A stretch of 64,000 nucleotides of DNA from an uncultured Acidobacteriaceae bacterium (GTDB taxonomy: Bacteria > Acidobacteriota > Terriglobia > Terriglobales > Acidobacteriaceae). The stretch spans positions 134,559 to 198,558 of the forward strand of contig CAWHEK010000026.1 in NCBI GenBank assembly GCA_963828325.1, in the 5' to 3' direction. This document shows positions 1 through 10,775 of this stretch, in pieces. A program made the position numbers and the translations under genes. Position 1 is the first letter of the stretch. Each line of letters starts with the position of its first letter. Below the pieces are notes generated by a model that saw nothing but the letters and a program-made list of their open reading frames with translations, did no database searches and had not been told where the DNA came from.

Positions 1-82
1 TTCGATCCGGTTCTGTAGTGACGCATCTGCTATAAAGATTTTCGGACGACTCGCGCGCAAACTCGTCATCCAAAGGATCCCC

Positions 83-1411
83 ATGAACAGGTCCACATCG
101 CTCCTCATCGCATCCGCCTTGATCCCATTGCTTTTTGCCGTCGGAGCAATTAGAAGCCGCGCCCAACAATCCGCCCCACCGGCAATCGACATGACCCCGG
201 TTCAGCCTGAGTCTGTCGGCTTTTCTTCCCAGCGCCTCGATCGCCTGCACGCGGCCATTCAGGATGAAATCGATCAGAAACAGCTCGCCGGAGCGGTCAC
301 CATTCTCGCGCGCCATGGAAAAATTGTGGACTATCGCACATACGGCATGCGCGACATGGCCACCGGCGCGCCGATGACGAAAGATACAATCTTCCGCGAC
401 TACTCGATGACCAAGCCAGTGACGGGGGTCGCGATGATGATCCTCTACGAAGAGGGCAAGTGGCTGCCGTCCGACCCCATCGCAAAGTACGTTCCTGAGT
501 TTGCGCACCTGAAGGTGTTCAACGGTTTTGACGCCAACGGCAAGATGCTCCTGGCCGACCCCGACCACGCGCCGACGATGCACGAGCTGATGACGCATAC
601 TGCCGGATTCACTTACGGCAATGCTGACACACCTGTCGACAAGATCGTCCACGACCTGAAGCTGGATGGCGCGGCCAATCTTCAGGAGCGGATCGACCGG
701 ATCGCGACGGCTCCGCTGCTTTATCAGCCGGGCACGCGCTGGGTTTACAGCCCGTCGATGGATATTCAGGGATATATCGTGGAAAAACTCTCAGGCGAAT
801 CGCTGCCCGATTTCATGCACGACCAGATCTTTGCGCCGCTGGGCATGGCAGACGCCGGATTCTATGTGCCGGCCGACAAGCGCGCGCGCTTCGCCGCCGG
901 CTATCACGAAATGAATGGAGCATTAGTGGCCGAAGCGACGACGAACGGGATCCCCGACGACTATGGCACGCAGCCCACCAATCCGTCGGGCGGCGGCGGG
1001 CTGGTTTCGACCGCGGAGGATTACTACCGCTTTGCGCAGATGCTGCTAAACAAGGGCGAGCTGGGCGAGACACGTATTCTGGCGCCTGGAACGGTGAAGC
1101 TGATGACATCGAACCATCTGCCGACTGCGCTGCTCACCGGAGAATTCGGCATTGGCAAGCACATCATGCGCCCGGGATTCGGATACGGCTACAACTGCGC
1201 CGTCGTCTACGATCCGCCGCTCGCCGACCTTTCCGACGGCAATGGAACGTTTTTCTGGGATGGCGCGGCCGGCACATGGTTCTGGGTCGACCCGACGAAT
1301 GACCTCGTGTTTGTCGGCATGATCCAGCGGCGCACCAGCCCCGACAATCACCATTTGCTCTATCGCATGCACGCGCTGGTCGATCAGGCGCTGGTCGATC
1401 CGGCGAAGTAG
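83..1411 (+). CDS. serine hydrolase, beta-lactamase (class C/esterase-like) family, probably secreted
   Basis: 442-aa ORF with a hydrophobic N-terminal signal-like segment. S-x-x-K active-site motif in YSMTKPV. Overall penicillin-binding/beta-lactamase-like sequence. AAAGGA RBS-like motif upstream. Confidence 0.8.
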   Translation: MNRSTSLLIASALIPLLFAVGAIRSRAQQSAPPAIDMTPVQPESVGFSSQRLDRLHAAIQDEIDQKQLAGAVTILARHGKIVDYRTYGMRDMATGAPMTKDTIFRDYSMTKPVTGVAMMILYEEGKWLPSDPIAKYVPEFAHLKVFNGFDANGKMLLADPDHAPTMHELMTHTAGFTYGNADTPVDKIVHDLKLDGAANLQERIDRIATAPLLYQPGTRWVYSPSMDIQGYIVEKLSGESLPDFMHDQIFAPLGMADAGFYVPADKRARFAAGYHEMNGALVAEATTNGIPDDYGTQPTNPSGGGGLVSTAEDYYRFAQMLLNKGELGETRILAPGTVKLMTSNHLPTALLTGEFGIGKHIMRPGFGYGYNCAVVYDPPLADLSDGNGTFFWDGAAGTWFWVDPTNDLVFVGMIQRRTSPDNHHLLYRMHALVDQALVDPAK

Positions 1412-1539
1412 CATCGCCGCGATCGTTCCGCAATGGAAAAACAATTGAATCTGGATTGAGCCCGGGGCATCCAGTGAACGCGGGTGTATTGTTTTTTGTT
1501 TCGGCCCGGCGATTGCAAAACCCTGTTCAAGGAGAGTTC

Positions 1540-1926
1540 ATGCGAATTGCCTCAATGATTGCTCGCATTCTTCTGGGAGCCATTTTCATCCTCGGCGGTT
1601 CCAACCATGTTTTCAAATTCCTTCCCCAACCGCCGTTGCCTCCAGGCCAGGCCGGCCAGTTTCTGGGCGTGATGATCGCGTCGGGATATCTGGCGTTCGT
1701 CGGGATATGCGAGACCGTCGCAGGGCTGTTCTTGCTGATCAACCGCTTTGTGCCGCTAGCACTTACGGTGCTGGCTGCGGTTATCACCAATATTTTCGTA
1801 ACCAGTGTGCTGTTTCAGCCGAAGGCGTTGCCGGTAGGACTCGTCCTCACCGTCCTCTGGATTCTTGCGGCATACCGCGCTCGCACGTCGTTCTTGCCGC
1901 TCCTGCAGCAGCGCGTCGCGGATTGA
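1540..1926 (+). CDS. DoxX-like integral membrane protein
   Basis: The ORF-track ORF is 1456..1926. I prefer the internal ATG at 1540, which is preceded by GGAGAG. Four hydrophobic segments (MRIASMIARILLGAIFILGG...), typical of the DoxX family. Confidence 0.55.
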   Translation: MRIASMIARILLGAIFILGGSNHVFKFLPQPPLPPGQAGQFLGVMIASGYLAFVGICETVAGLFLLINRFVPLALTVLAAVITNIFVTSVLFQPKALPVGLVLTVLWILAAYRARTSFLPLLQQRVAD

Positions 1927-1983
1927 CGCTCGCATCGCTGCTTCGCCATCACCGTCGCCGCATCGCTACAATCAGGGGTAGGG

Positions 1984-2913
1984 ATGATTCAGTACCTCTA
2001 TCTTGGCCGCGTGGATTATGGCGATGCTTTGCGCCTGCAGAACGAGCTGGTGGCGCTGCGGCAGGCTGGCCACATTGACAACGTTCTTTTGCTCCTCGAG
2101 CATCCGCCAGTGCTCACGCTGGGGCGCAACGCCAGGCGCGCCAATATTCTCGCTTCGGACGAGCTGCTGGCCGCGCGCGGCGTCACGTTGCACGAGATCA
2201 ATCGCGGCGGCGACGTCACTTATCACGGACCCGGCCAGCTTATCGGCTATCCCATCTTCGATCTGCGCAGCCTACGCAACGCGAAAGGGAGCCGCCTCGG
2301 TCCTGTCGATTTTGTTCGCCAGATGGAAGAGGCGCTCATCCGCCTCTGCGGTGATTTTGGCGTTCAGGCCGAACGCATCTGCGGATTAACCGGCGTGTGG
2401 TGCCACCTGCGGTGGGGCAGCCTTTCGGATGAGCATTGTGGGATGACGGTTAAAGATCCGCCGAATGGGGAACGTAAGATCGCCGCCATTGGAATCCACG
2501 TCGCTCGCGGCGTCACCTCGCATGGCTTTGCCTTTAACGTCACTACCGATCTCGGCGACTTTGCGCTCATCAACCCCTGTGGCATCACCAACAGACCGGT
2601 TACAAGCCTTGAAAGAGAGGTCGCCGTGGAAGTCACCGACCAAAATGCTGAACCGGTTCTTCTTCCCAGCCTCGAATCTCTCGCGCACCGGGCAGCGCGC
2701 CATTTTGGCGAGGTGTTCAATGAACCGGTTGCGCTTCTTGAAAGCCTCACCGCCCTTCGCGAGCAGGCCGGCGCCAAGCCTGATTCGCCGGATCCTGATT
2801 CTTCGGCGCCCGAATTTCCCGCGCAAGAATTCCCGGCTCAAGATACGCCGCTCGAGATTCCGCCCGAGGTCGAGCGCCTGCGTCGCAGAAAAGGCCGACC
2901 CGTTTCCGCATAG
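1984..2913 (+). CDS. lipB: lipoyl(octanoyl) transferase LipB with a low-complexity C-terminal extension
   Basis: N-terminus LGRVDYGDALRLQ...LLLLEHPPVLTLGRNA...RGGDVTYHGPGQLIGYPI and KIAAIGIHVARGVTSHGFAFNV match LipB signatures. An extra ~20-aa insert and a Pro/Glu-rich tail are present. Confidence 0.85.
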   Translation: MIQYLYLGRVDYGDALRLQNELVALRQAGHIDNVLLLLEHPPVLTLGRNARRANILASDELLAARGVTLHEINRGGDVTYHGPGQLIGYPIFDLRSLRNAKGSRLGPVDFVRQMEEALIRLCGDFGVQAERICGLTGVWCHLRWGSLSDEHCGMTVKDPPNGERKIAAIGIHVARGVTSHGFAFNVTTDLGDFALINPCGITNRPVTSLEREVAVEVTDQNAEPVLLPSLESLAHRAARHFGEVFNEPVALLESLTALREQAGAKPDSPDPDSSAPEFPAQEFPAQDTPLEIPPEVERLRRRKGRPVSA

Positions 2914-3042
2914 GGCACGCTGGACCCAAGCTTCAACGGTCGTCTGTTTCATCGCATCCGCGATTTATAATCCGGCAGGAGCTTAGGTGTGTGCCGCGCC
3001 GAATTATTGCCGGCACGCGCCAGAACGCGAAGAGAGGAACAC

Positions 3043-4342
3043 ATGTCGACGGAAGTTCCCATGCCCCAGCTGGGCGAGTCGATCTTCGAGGGCACGATCA
3101 CCAAATGGCTCAAAGCAATTGGTGACACGGTTTCCGTCGACGAGCCGCTCTTCGAGATCTCAACCGACAAGGTCGACGCGGAGATTCCCTCGCCAGTTGC
3201 CGGCGTGCTGGCTGAGATCCGCTTTCCTGAAGGCGCCACAGTCGAGGTCAACACGGTAGTCGCGGTCATCGGCGAAGCAGGAGCGAAGATCGCGGCTCCC
3301 GCGCCGGCCAGCAAAGGGCGCCGCGCCCGCTCCCGCCGCTCAGAAGGTGTCGGCGCCCGTCGCACAGACCCCGGTCCAAAAAGCTACCGCACCACAGGTG
3401 CCAGGTGGCCGCATTCGCTCGACGCCGCTCGCGCGGCGCATTGCCAAAGAGCACGGCATTGAGATCAGCCGCGTAGCTGGCACCGGTTCCGGCGGCCGCA
3501 TCGGCAAGGAAGACGTTCTGCGCGCCGCGAACTCCTCGGCCCCTGCACAACTTCCCGTCCACAAGGCTGCCCCACCGCCGGTGGCCGCCCCGCAAGTGCC
3601 GTCGCCGCCGGATCTCGCCACGCTCCCAATCGATCCCGTCCCGCTCACACGCATGAGAGCCATCATTGCCGAGCGCATGCTTGAGAGCGTACGCGTCAGC
3701 CCTCATGTTTATACCGTTTACAAGGTCGACATGACGCGCATAGCGCGCCTGCGCGAGCAGCGCAAGGCAGCCTTCGACGCGCGCAACGGCGTCAAGCTCA
3801 CGTTCATGCCGTTTATTGCTGCAGCCGCAGTTGCGGCGCTGCGACGCTGCCCCATCGTCAACGCGTCGCTTGAAACCGGCAAGGACGGCTTGGCCATCCG
3901 CTATCACGGCACGATTGATCTCGGCATCGCCGTGGCGCTCGACTGGGGACTGATCGTGCCCGTGATTCGCCACGCGGAGAAGCGCAGCTTCGCCGACCTC
4001 GCGCACTCCATTGCCGATCTCGCTCTGCGTGCGCGGTCCAAGAAGCTCTCGCCGGATGAGGTTGGCGGATCGACATTCACGCTCACCAATGCCGGCGCAT
4101 TCGGGGGCGAATTCGGCATGCCGATCATCAACCAGCCCGAGTCGGCGATTCTCGCAGTCGGCGGCCTGCGCAAGGAGCCAGCGGTTCTGACCGACGCCGA
4201 GGGCAACGACACGATTGCGATTCGGTCGATGCAGTACTTCTGCCTCGGCTTCGACCATCGCCTTATCGACGGCGCCGACGGCGGCAAATTCATGCTCGAG
4301 TTCAAGAAGACGTTGGAATCCTGGAACCAGGAGATCGGCTGA
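3043..4342 (+). pseudogene. 2-oxo acid dehydrogenase E2 (dihydrolipoyllysine-residue acyltransferase), interrupted by a 1-nt frameshift in the Ala/Pro linker (or a sequencing indel)
   Basis: The lipoyl domain ([23 protein letters not shown]...[14 protein letters not shown]) is in frame 1 from the ATG at 3043. The E3-binding domain ([28 protein letters not shown]) and catalytic domain (DHRLIDGADGGKF) are in frame 2 (ORF 3347..4342). Frame 2 is open from about 3260 and reads as an A/P-rich linker, so the shift lies near 3295-3315. Confidence 0.8.
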
Positions 4343-4388
4343 GGACGTTCCACAAGCCAGATTTGCGGCGCGAGTATAATCTGATTCG

Positions 4389-4655
4389 ATGAAACGGGCC
4401 GTCAAAATCGCGATCGCTGTTGCCTTGCTTGTGATTGTGGCAGCGATTTTGATTTCTCCAGCGGTCGACCTTGCGCCGACCGCGTTGCGCGCCGCAATTT
4501 GGAGCGCCGCGCTCTTCGCCTCCATCGCTGCCGCCACGATGGCTTTTTCAGGATTCCTCCCTGCATCATCGGCTGAACGCGTGCTGACGCGACCGTTTCG
4601 TGTCTTTCCGAAATTAATACCTCTCACCGATCTCGACTGCGCCAGGCTCTGCTAG
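4389..4655 (+). CDS. hypothetical small membrane protein
   Basis: 88-aa ORF with two hydrophobic stretches. No recognisable family. Confidence 0.35.
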   Translation: MKRAVKIAIAVALLVIVAAILISPAVDLAPTALRAAIWSAALFASIAAATMAFSGFLPASSAERVLTRPFRVFPKLIPLTDLDCARLC

Positions 4656-4745
4656 ACCCCTCGCCTCACCCCAGCCAATCTAGCAATCGAAAAAATCTCC
4701 ATTCGGCGCAACGCAGGATCCCCAATCCTGTGCAACCGGATTTCG

Positions 4746-5567
4746 ATGAGGGGCATGATGCAGACATTCACTTCAGTTGGCTCTCCCCAGGCCGCGCTCA
4801 AAACGCTATCGGATTTCCTGAAGGGATTATCGGAAGCGCGCGTGCGCGCACTGATCCTGGACTTCGATGGCGCTCTGGGCCGTTCCTCAGCGACTCGGGA
4901 ACGTGCAGAGCCCGATCCCGAACTGTTGCCGGTTTTGCATCGCATCAAGAATCGCACTGATACGCGTGTTGTTATCGTGACCGGGCGGTCCGCGTTTGGC
5001 ATCCCAGATTCGCTGGGCCTCAGAAACGTTGAAGTCTGGGGCTGCCATGGGCTCGAGCGATTGAAGGCCGATGGATCGATTGACAAGCCGGAGATCCCGG
5101 CGGAATCCCTGGAGGCGGTCGCCGAGGCCACGGGACTGCTATTAAGCGACGGCCTAGGTCAATACGCCGAGCAGAAGTTCGCATCCATCGCAATTCACTG
5201 GCGTGGCCAAGAGGCGCACGCCGGCCACCTGACGCGCCGGGTTCTCAACGCCTGGTCGGTGATTAAAGCTCGGAAGGGTGTCCTGCTTGTGCCGTTTGAC
5301 GGCGGCATAGAGATTATGGCGGGCACGAGGAACAGGAGCGGCGTAGTCCAAACTGTCTTGTCGGAAATCGGATCAGAATCTGCCGTTGCCTATCTCGGCG
5401 GCGAAACGACCGACGAAGACGGATTCGCGGCTCTGCGTGGCCGTGGCCTGAACATTCTTGTTCGGCACCAGTATCGAAGGACTCTTGCCGATGCCTGGCT
5501 CCGCCCGCCCAGCGAGGTTGCGGCCTTTCTGAATGCATGGATTTCGGGATGCAAGAATTCGGATTGA
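4746..5567 (+). CDS. otsB: HAD-superfamily phosphatase, trehalose-6-phosphate phosphatase-like
   Basis: HAD motif I LILDFDGAL, motif II VIVTGRS, and an OtsB-like motif IV YLGGETTDEDGFAAL. Confidence 0.55.
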   Translation: MRGMMQTFTSVGSPQAALKTLSDFLKGLSEARVRALILDFDGALGRSSATRERAEPDPELLPVLHRIKNRTDTRVVIVTGRSAFGIPDSLGLRNVEVWGCHGLERLKADGSIDKPEIPAESLEAVAEATGLLLSDGLGQYAEQKFASIAIHWRGQEAHAGHLTRRVLNAWSVIKARKGVLLVPFDGGIEIMAGTRNRSGVVQTVLSEIGSESAVAYLGGETTDEDGFAALRGRGLNILVRHQYRRTLADAWLRPPSEVAAFLNAWISGCKNSD

Positions 5568-5588
5568 CCTCTTGGCGATCTTCCGCTG

Positions 5589-7277
5589 CTAGACCGTGCC
5601 TGGCGGCTTCACCGACGCTTCAAACGCCGCAGTCGCTTCGTGCAGCCGGTTAAACAGCCGTCCCGGCCCGAGTGACTCCGTCACGTGATGACGATTGAAG
5701 TCCGATTTCAGATCCCACGGCATGCGGGCGAAAGCCAGCTCCACGCCGGCTTCAGACAGGCTTTTCTCCAATGTCTGCACAACCCTTGCCGCCGTGTAAT
5801 CCAGATGCGTCATCGCCTCCGCGTCCACCACCACCCACTTGACGGCCGACGGCATCGGCTGCACCAGCAGCGTGATCTCCTCAATAAAGCGACCCGCGTT
5901 GGCGTAAAAGAGCTCGGCGCCAAACCGGTAAAGCACCAGCCCTGGCTTAGTGACCACATGCGGCGCAGCCGGTTCGAGCCTCCAGGTTCCATCGGGATTT
6001 TCCTGCAGCACACCGCTATGCGGGTGATAGTCGTGCCTCACGACGCGCGCCAATGACACCAGCATCGCCAGCACGATTCCCTCTTCCACTCCTACCAAGA
6101 CAACGACCACTGCGGTCATTAAAGCCAGGGCGTATTCCTGAGGGCTCTCCGACCGAATTTTCGCGAGTTCGCTAAAGTTGATGAGCCGCAACGCAACCAA
6201 AAATACCAAAACGCCAAGCACGGAGGTAGGGAGGTATTGGAGAGGCTCAGTGAGAAACAGCAGCACTATCCCCACCACCACGGCAGTTGCCACCTGCGCC
6301 ATCTGGCTCTGCCCGCCGGCATCTTCCATCATCGCGGTTTGCGTGGGACTGCCATTCACCACAAACCCGCCGCTCAGCGCCGCAGCAGCGTTTGCGGCCG
6401 ACAGCCCATACAAATCGATGTTTTCGTCTACCTTCTGGTAGTGCTTAGTCGCATAGATCCGCGCCGTGGCCGCGCTCTGCGTAAGAATCATCACGGCGCA
6501 TGAGGCCGAAACCGTGACGAGCAACTCCACTTCCTTGCGGTTCATCTCGCGCAGGCTGAGGAGCGCCATCAATCCCAGATGCGGTAAGCCACCTGCCACC
6601 GGCCCAATCGTCGCAATGCCGTGTCCGGCAAAATTCCACTCCGCGCTGGCCGCAATCGCCACCACAACAGCGACCAGGGCACCCGGCACCCTTGGAGCGA
6701 AGTGCCGCAACAGCAAAACAAATGCGAGTACTGAAATCGACAAAATCACCGTAGGCAGACCTGCATGCGGCAATCCGCGACCCACCTCCCAAAGCTGCAC
6801 CACCGGCCGGCGCGAATCCACGGCAACGCCAAGCATCTCGCTCAGAACGGAGATTCCTACTTGAAATCCAACGCCCGTAAGAAAACCCACCAAAACCGTG
6901 CGCGAAAGAAAATCTGCGATAAAACCCAGGCGCAGCAACCTCGCCAAAAGCAGAATGACAGCCGTGAACACGGCCACAATGCACGCGAGAGCAATGTATT
7001 GCGCACTTGCCGGCAGCGCCGCACCCGAGACTCCGTCGGCGAAAATTGCCGCCGTCGCAGAGTCGGCCGCTACGACCAGATATCGCGAAGAACCGAACGC
7101 CGCAAAAGCCACCAGCGGCAGCAGCAGCGAATAGAGCCCTGTCACCACAGGCATTCCGGCGATTTTGCTGTAGCCCAGCACCTGCGGAATGTCCATGGCC
7201 GCCATCACGATGCCGGCGAGCGCATCGCGCAAAGCGCCCGCGCGCTGGATCGGACGTAAGCCTCGAAACAGATTCAC
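5589..7277 (-). CDS. SulP family sulfate/anion permease with C-terminal STAS domain
   Basis: 562-aa polytopic membrane protein (DIPQVLGYSKIAGMPVVTGLYS...) followed by a soluble STAS-like C-terminus. Confidence 0.85.
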   Translation of the reverse strand: MNLFRGLRPIQRAGALRDALAGIVMAAMDIPQVLGYSKIAGMPVVTGLYSLLLPLVAFAAFGSSRYLVVAADSATAAIFADGVSGAALPASAQYIALACIVAVFTAVILLLARLLRLGFIADFLSRTVLVGFLTGVGFQVGISVLSEMLGVAVDSRRPVVQLWEVGRGLPHAGLPTVILSISVLAFVLLLRHFAPRVPGALVAVVVAIAASAEWNFAGHGIATIGPVAGGLPHLGLMALLSLREMNRKEVELLVTVSASCAVMILTQSAATARIYATKHYQKVDENIDLYGLSAANAAAALSGGFVVNGSPTQTAMMEDAGGQSQMAQVATAVVVGIVLLFLTEPLQYLPTSVLGVLVFLVALRLINFSELAKIRSESPQEYALALMTAVVVVLVGVEEGIVLAMLVSLARVVRHDYHPHSGVLQENPDGTWRLEPAAPHVVTKPGLVLYRFGAELFYANAGRFIEEITLLVQPMPSAVKWVVVDAEAMTHLDYTAARVVQTLEKSLSEAGVELAFARMPWDLKSDFNRHHVTESLGPGRLFNRLHEATAAFEASVKPPGTV

Positions 7278-7374
7278 AGCCTTAGAGCTCCTGTTCAGCG
7301 ATCAGGACGAAGTGGCATGACCTCAACACAAGTTTGCAGCCGGTTTCATCGAGATTACTACGCGGTTGGGACTT

Positions 7375-8862
7375 TTACGCAGTCCAGGCCTTGGCCCGTT
7401 CGACGGCCCGCTGCCAGCGCCCGCGCCGGTCTGAACGTTCGGACGAGCCCATCTTCGGTTCAAAGCGCACGTCGCCTTTACGTTCGGCGCGCAGTGCATC
7501 GGAGCTCGGCCAGAAATTCGTCGCCAGCCCGGCCAGATAGGCCGCACCGAGTGCCGTCGTCTCCGTTACCCGCGGGCGCACAACCGGAACGCCAAGAACA
7601 TCGGCCTGGAACTGCATCAAAAGATCGTTCACGGCCGCGCCGCCGTCGACTCTCAGAGCCTGGAGTGGCGCTCCTGTCTCACTGTGGACCGCTTCGAGCA
7701 CGTCGGCTACCTGGAATGCGATGGCCTCAAGCGCGGCGCGCGCAATCTGTCCCGGCCCGGTGTCGCGGCGCAAACCGATCAGCATGCCAGCCGCGTGTGC
7801 GTCCCAATGCGGCGCGCCCAGGCCAACAAACGCGGGCACAAATACCACTCCGCCCGTGTCCGGCACGCTCGCGGCAAGCGCTTCCACATCCGAAGAGGCG
7901 CCGATGAGCTTTAAATTGTCGCGCAGCCATTGCACCACCGCGCCGCCAATAAAGATGCTGCCCTCGAGCGCATATTCAAGCCGCTTCTGAGCGCTCGCTG
8001 CCACGGTTGTGATGAGCTTGTGCTTCGACCGCATGAATGTGGTGCCGATGTTTTGCAGCAGAAAGCAGCCGGTTCCGTAGGTGTTTTTGGCCTCGCCGGC
8101 GCTCCAGCACAATTGCCCGAAGAGCGCCGACTGCTGATCGCCGGCAATGCCCGCAATCGCGACGCCCTCGAGGCCGAGGGTGGTCGTCACTTCGCCCACG
8201 CGTTCGCTTGACCACTTCACCTCCGGTAGCATGCTTTCGGGAATCCCGAATAGCATCAGCAGTTCCTGATCCCACTCCCCTTTCACGATGTTGAAGAGGA
8301 GCGTGCGCGAGGCGTTGGTCACGTCTGTCACGTGCTTTTGACCGCTGGTCAAGTGCCAAACGAGCCAGCTATCGACAGTGCCGAAAGCCAGCTCGCCCCG
8401 CTCGGCCCGCGCCCGCGCACCGTCCACGTTGTCGAGAATCCATTTGATCTTGGTTGCCGAGAAATACGGATCGAGCACGAGGCCGGTTTTTGACGAAACC
8501 ATCTCGCCGGCCCCGCTCTTTTCCAGCGACTCGCACAACGAAGCCGTCCGCCGATCCTGCCAAACGATCGCCGGATGAATTGCCTTGCCCGTGGCGCGAT
8601 CCCACACAATCGCCGTCTCGCGCTGGTTGGTAATGCCGATGGCGGCCACGTCGCGTGGCCGCGCGCCGGCCTTGGCCAGCGCTTCCACCGCACATGAGAG
8701 TTGGCTGGTCTGGATCTCCGTCGGATCGTGCTCCACCCATCCAGCCTGCGGATAGAACTGCTGAAACTCCTTCTGCGCGACGGCCGCAATCGCTCCGGCT
8801 GCGTCGAACAGAATCGCGCGCGAGCTCGTCGTTCCCTGGTCGAGCGCCAACACATATGCCAT
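7375..8862 (-). CDS. glpK: glycerol kinase
   Basis: [20 protein letters not shown]..., [13 protein letters not shown], full-length FGGY kinase of 495 aa. Confidence 0.95.
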   Translation of the reverse strand: MAYVLALDQGTTSSRAILFDAAGAIAAVAQKEFQQFYPQAGWVEHDPTEIQTSQLSCAVEALAKAGARPRDVAAIGITNQRETAIVWDRATGKAIHPAIVWQDRRTASLCESLEKSGAGEMVSSKTGLVLDPYFSATKIKWILDNVDGARARAERGELAFGTVDSWLVWHLTSGQKHVTDVTNASRTLLFNIVKGEWDQELLMLFGIPESMLPEVKWSSERVGEVTTTLGLEGVAIAGIAGDQQSALFGQLCWSAGEAKNTYGTGCFLLQNIGTTFMRSKHKLITTVAASAQKRLEYALEGSIFIGGAVVQWLRDNLKLIGASSDVEALAASVPDTGGVVFVPAFVGLGAPHWDAHAAGMLIGLRRDTGPGQIARAALEAIAFQVADVLEAVHSETGAPLQALRVDGGAAVNDLLMQFQADVLGVPVVRPRVTETTALGAAYLAGLATNFWPSSDALRAERKGDVRFEPKMGSSERSDRRGRWQRAVERAKAWTA

Positions 8863-8912
8863 CGGCCTTTACCTTTCCGCAAACCTAACCATCACGCCGA
8901 CAGGGTTACGCC

Positions 8913-9749
8913 CTACTGCACTTTCCCCGCCTTATTCTCCAGCACCACATTGCCCAGCACCGCCGTATCCACTGTCTCCGGCTGGTGCGAACAGAATCCG
9001 ATGCCGACATAAAAAGGTGCGTCCAGGTGCAGCTTGATCGGCGGGCCGAACTGGTGCATCGGTTCGCCATCGAGACTCATCCAGACGGAAAACTCGTCGC
9101 CATGCTTCTCGATCCCGATCCTCTCGGGACTGATCGTCACCAGGCTATCGGGACTTGCGCCGCCCGGCCGCCCACGGCCGCCCATGCGAAACTCCATATC
9201 CGTAACGCGGGTGTCTTTCTCTGGCCGCCAGGCCAGGTGAACCATCCCCGCTCCGTGCTCAGCCACCATGGCCGCTTTCGAATCGTCGTCGAGGCTTTGC
9301 CGGATCATCAGCACGACCTTGCGATCCCCGTAGCCCTTGGGATCGGGGAAGTTGATGTCGGCAGCCAGCGAAACATCGCCCGACATGCGCTTCCACAGAA
9401 ACCGGAACTCGTCGCGCGTATACCAGACGTTATATCCGGCCGAGTTGATGGTGTATTGCCCAGTCGCGGCGTCGTAGCTCGCGCTCCCCGGAACCAGGGC
9501 GCTGCCAACGTCCGATTGGCCATCGAAAACTCCGATTGGCGCATCGAAATTCGTACTTGGCCGGTGAAAATCCGCCGGCGGCGCTACTTGTTGATGCGTC
9601 GCAGAACCGGGCAGCGCCCAGTCGGGAATTGGCGGCAACGGATTCGAGGGCGGCGTCTGTGCAGGGAGCATCAGCGTTGCGCCGCAAATAGCCAGCGCGG
9701 CAAGAAGCGAAGTCGAATCAAAGAGTCGGTGAACGGCAAGAATTCTCAT
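8913..9749 (-). CDS. secreted hypothetical protein (possibly a concanavalin-like beta-sandwich)
   Basis: 278-aa ORF with a signal peptide (LLAALAICGATLMLPAQ). No catalytic motif recognised. Confidence 0.5.
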   Translation of the reverse strand: MRILAVHRLFDSTSLLAALAICGATLMLPAQTPPSNPLPPIPDWALPGSATHQQVAPPADFHRPSTNFDAPIGVFDGQSDVGSALVPGSASYDAATGQYTINSAGYNVWYTRDEFRFLWKRMSGDVSLAADINFPDPKGYGDRKVVLMIRQSLDDDSKAAMVAEHGAGMVHLAWRPEKDTRVTDMEFRMGGRGRPGGASPDSLVTISPERIGIEKHGDEFSVWMSLDGEPMHQFGPPIKLHLDAPFYVGIGFCSHQPETVDTAVLGNVVLENKAGKVQ

Positions 9750-9863
9750 GGCAACCCACTCTAGCAGACCGCTTCAGCCGCTGCCCATGGTCCCTTATCC
9801 ACTATCGTTTTAGAACCCCTCGTGTTGTACCATTCGATTGGATTAACCCGCGAAAAGGCCTGA

Positions 9864-10775
9864 TTGATGACCCCTGCATCCTCTCCCACACTTCTTGTTC
9901 TTGCTGCCGGAATGGGCAGCCGCTATGGCGGACTCAAGCAGATTGACCCCGTCGGCCCCGGGGGCGAAACCATCATCGACTACTCGATCTTCGACGCTCT
10001 TCGCGCCGGCTTCGGCAAGCTCGTCTTTATCATCCGCAAAGACATCGAACAGCAATTCCGCGAGATTGTCGGCACGCGCTTTGAAAAGCGCGTTGCAGTG
10101 GAGTATGTGTTCCAGGCGCTCGAAGATATTCCGCCGCGCTTCACCGTTCCCGCGGGCCGCACCAAGCCGTGGGGCACCACTCAGGCAATCTTGCTCGCCG
10201 CCGACGCAATCCACGAGCCCTTTGCTGCTATCAACGCCGACGATTTCTATGGCGCCGACGGCTACCGTTCGCTGGCCGGGCACCTGACCTCCGGCTCGCC
10301 CGACTATTCCATGGTCGGCTTCGTCTTGCGCAACACGCTCTCGGACTTCGGCTCCGTGGCCCGCGGCGTTTGTCAGGTCTCTGCCGATGGCTACCTCGAG
10401 CACATCGCCGAGCTTACCAAGGTGGAGCGGGATGGAAACGGCGCACGCAACACCGACGCCGCGGGAGCCGTCACAAAGCTCACTGGCGACGAGCCGGTTT
10501 CGATGAATATGTGGGGCTTTACGCCGCAAGTCTTCGATCAGTTGCGCGAGAACTTTGAAAAATTCCTTGAAGGCAGCGCCGCCGACCTGAAAGCGGAGTG
10601 CTATATTCCCAACACGGTTGGTGAGCTGGTTCGTTCCGGTCAGGCGCGCGTGAAGGTCCTACGCTCGCGCGATTCATGGTTCGGCGTGACCTATCGCGAA
10701 GACCGCCCGCGCGTTGTTGACAGCATCCGCCGTCTCATCGCCGAAGGGGCCTATCCTGAAAGACTATGGTCATAA
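9864..10775 (+). CDS. sugar-1-phosphate nucleotidyltransferase (NTP-transferase fold)
   Basis: N-terminal LVLAAGMGSRYGGLKQIDPVG pyrophosphorylase signature. Overlaps the downstream kinase gene by 10 nt. Confidence 0.75.
   Translation: MMTPASSPTLLVLAAGMGSRYGGLKQIDPVGPGGETIIDYSIFDALRAGFGKLVFIIRKDIEQQFREIVGTRFEKRVAVEYVFQALEDIPPRFTVPAGRTKPWGTTQAILLAADAIHEPFAAINADDFYGADGYRSLAGHLTSGSPDYSMVGFVLRNTLSDFGSVARGVCQVSADGYLEHIAELTKVERDGNGARNTDAAGAVTKLTGDEPVSMNMWGFTPQVFDQLRENFEKFLEGSAADLKAECYIPNTVGELVRSGQARVKVLRSRDSWFGVTYREDRPRVVDSIRRLIAEGAYPERLWS

Noticed and set aside
3266-4627. Long antisense ORFs opposite real genes (for example 3266..4627-, 25200..26195-, 28722..29864+, 29753..31003-, 32828..33709-, 36038..36754+, 41067..42470-, 59252..60214+)
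   Set aside because: These are typical GC-rich shadow ORFs with Arg/Ala/Pro/Gly-heavy, low-complexity translations and no family resemblance. In each case the opposite strand encodes a clearly recognisable protein.
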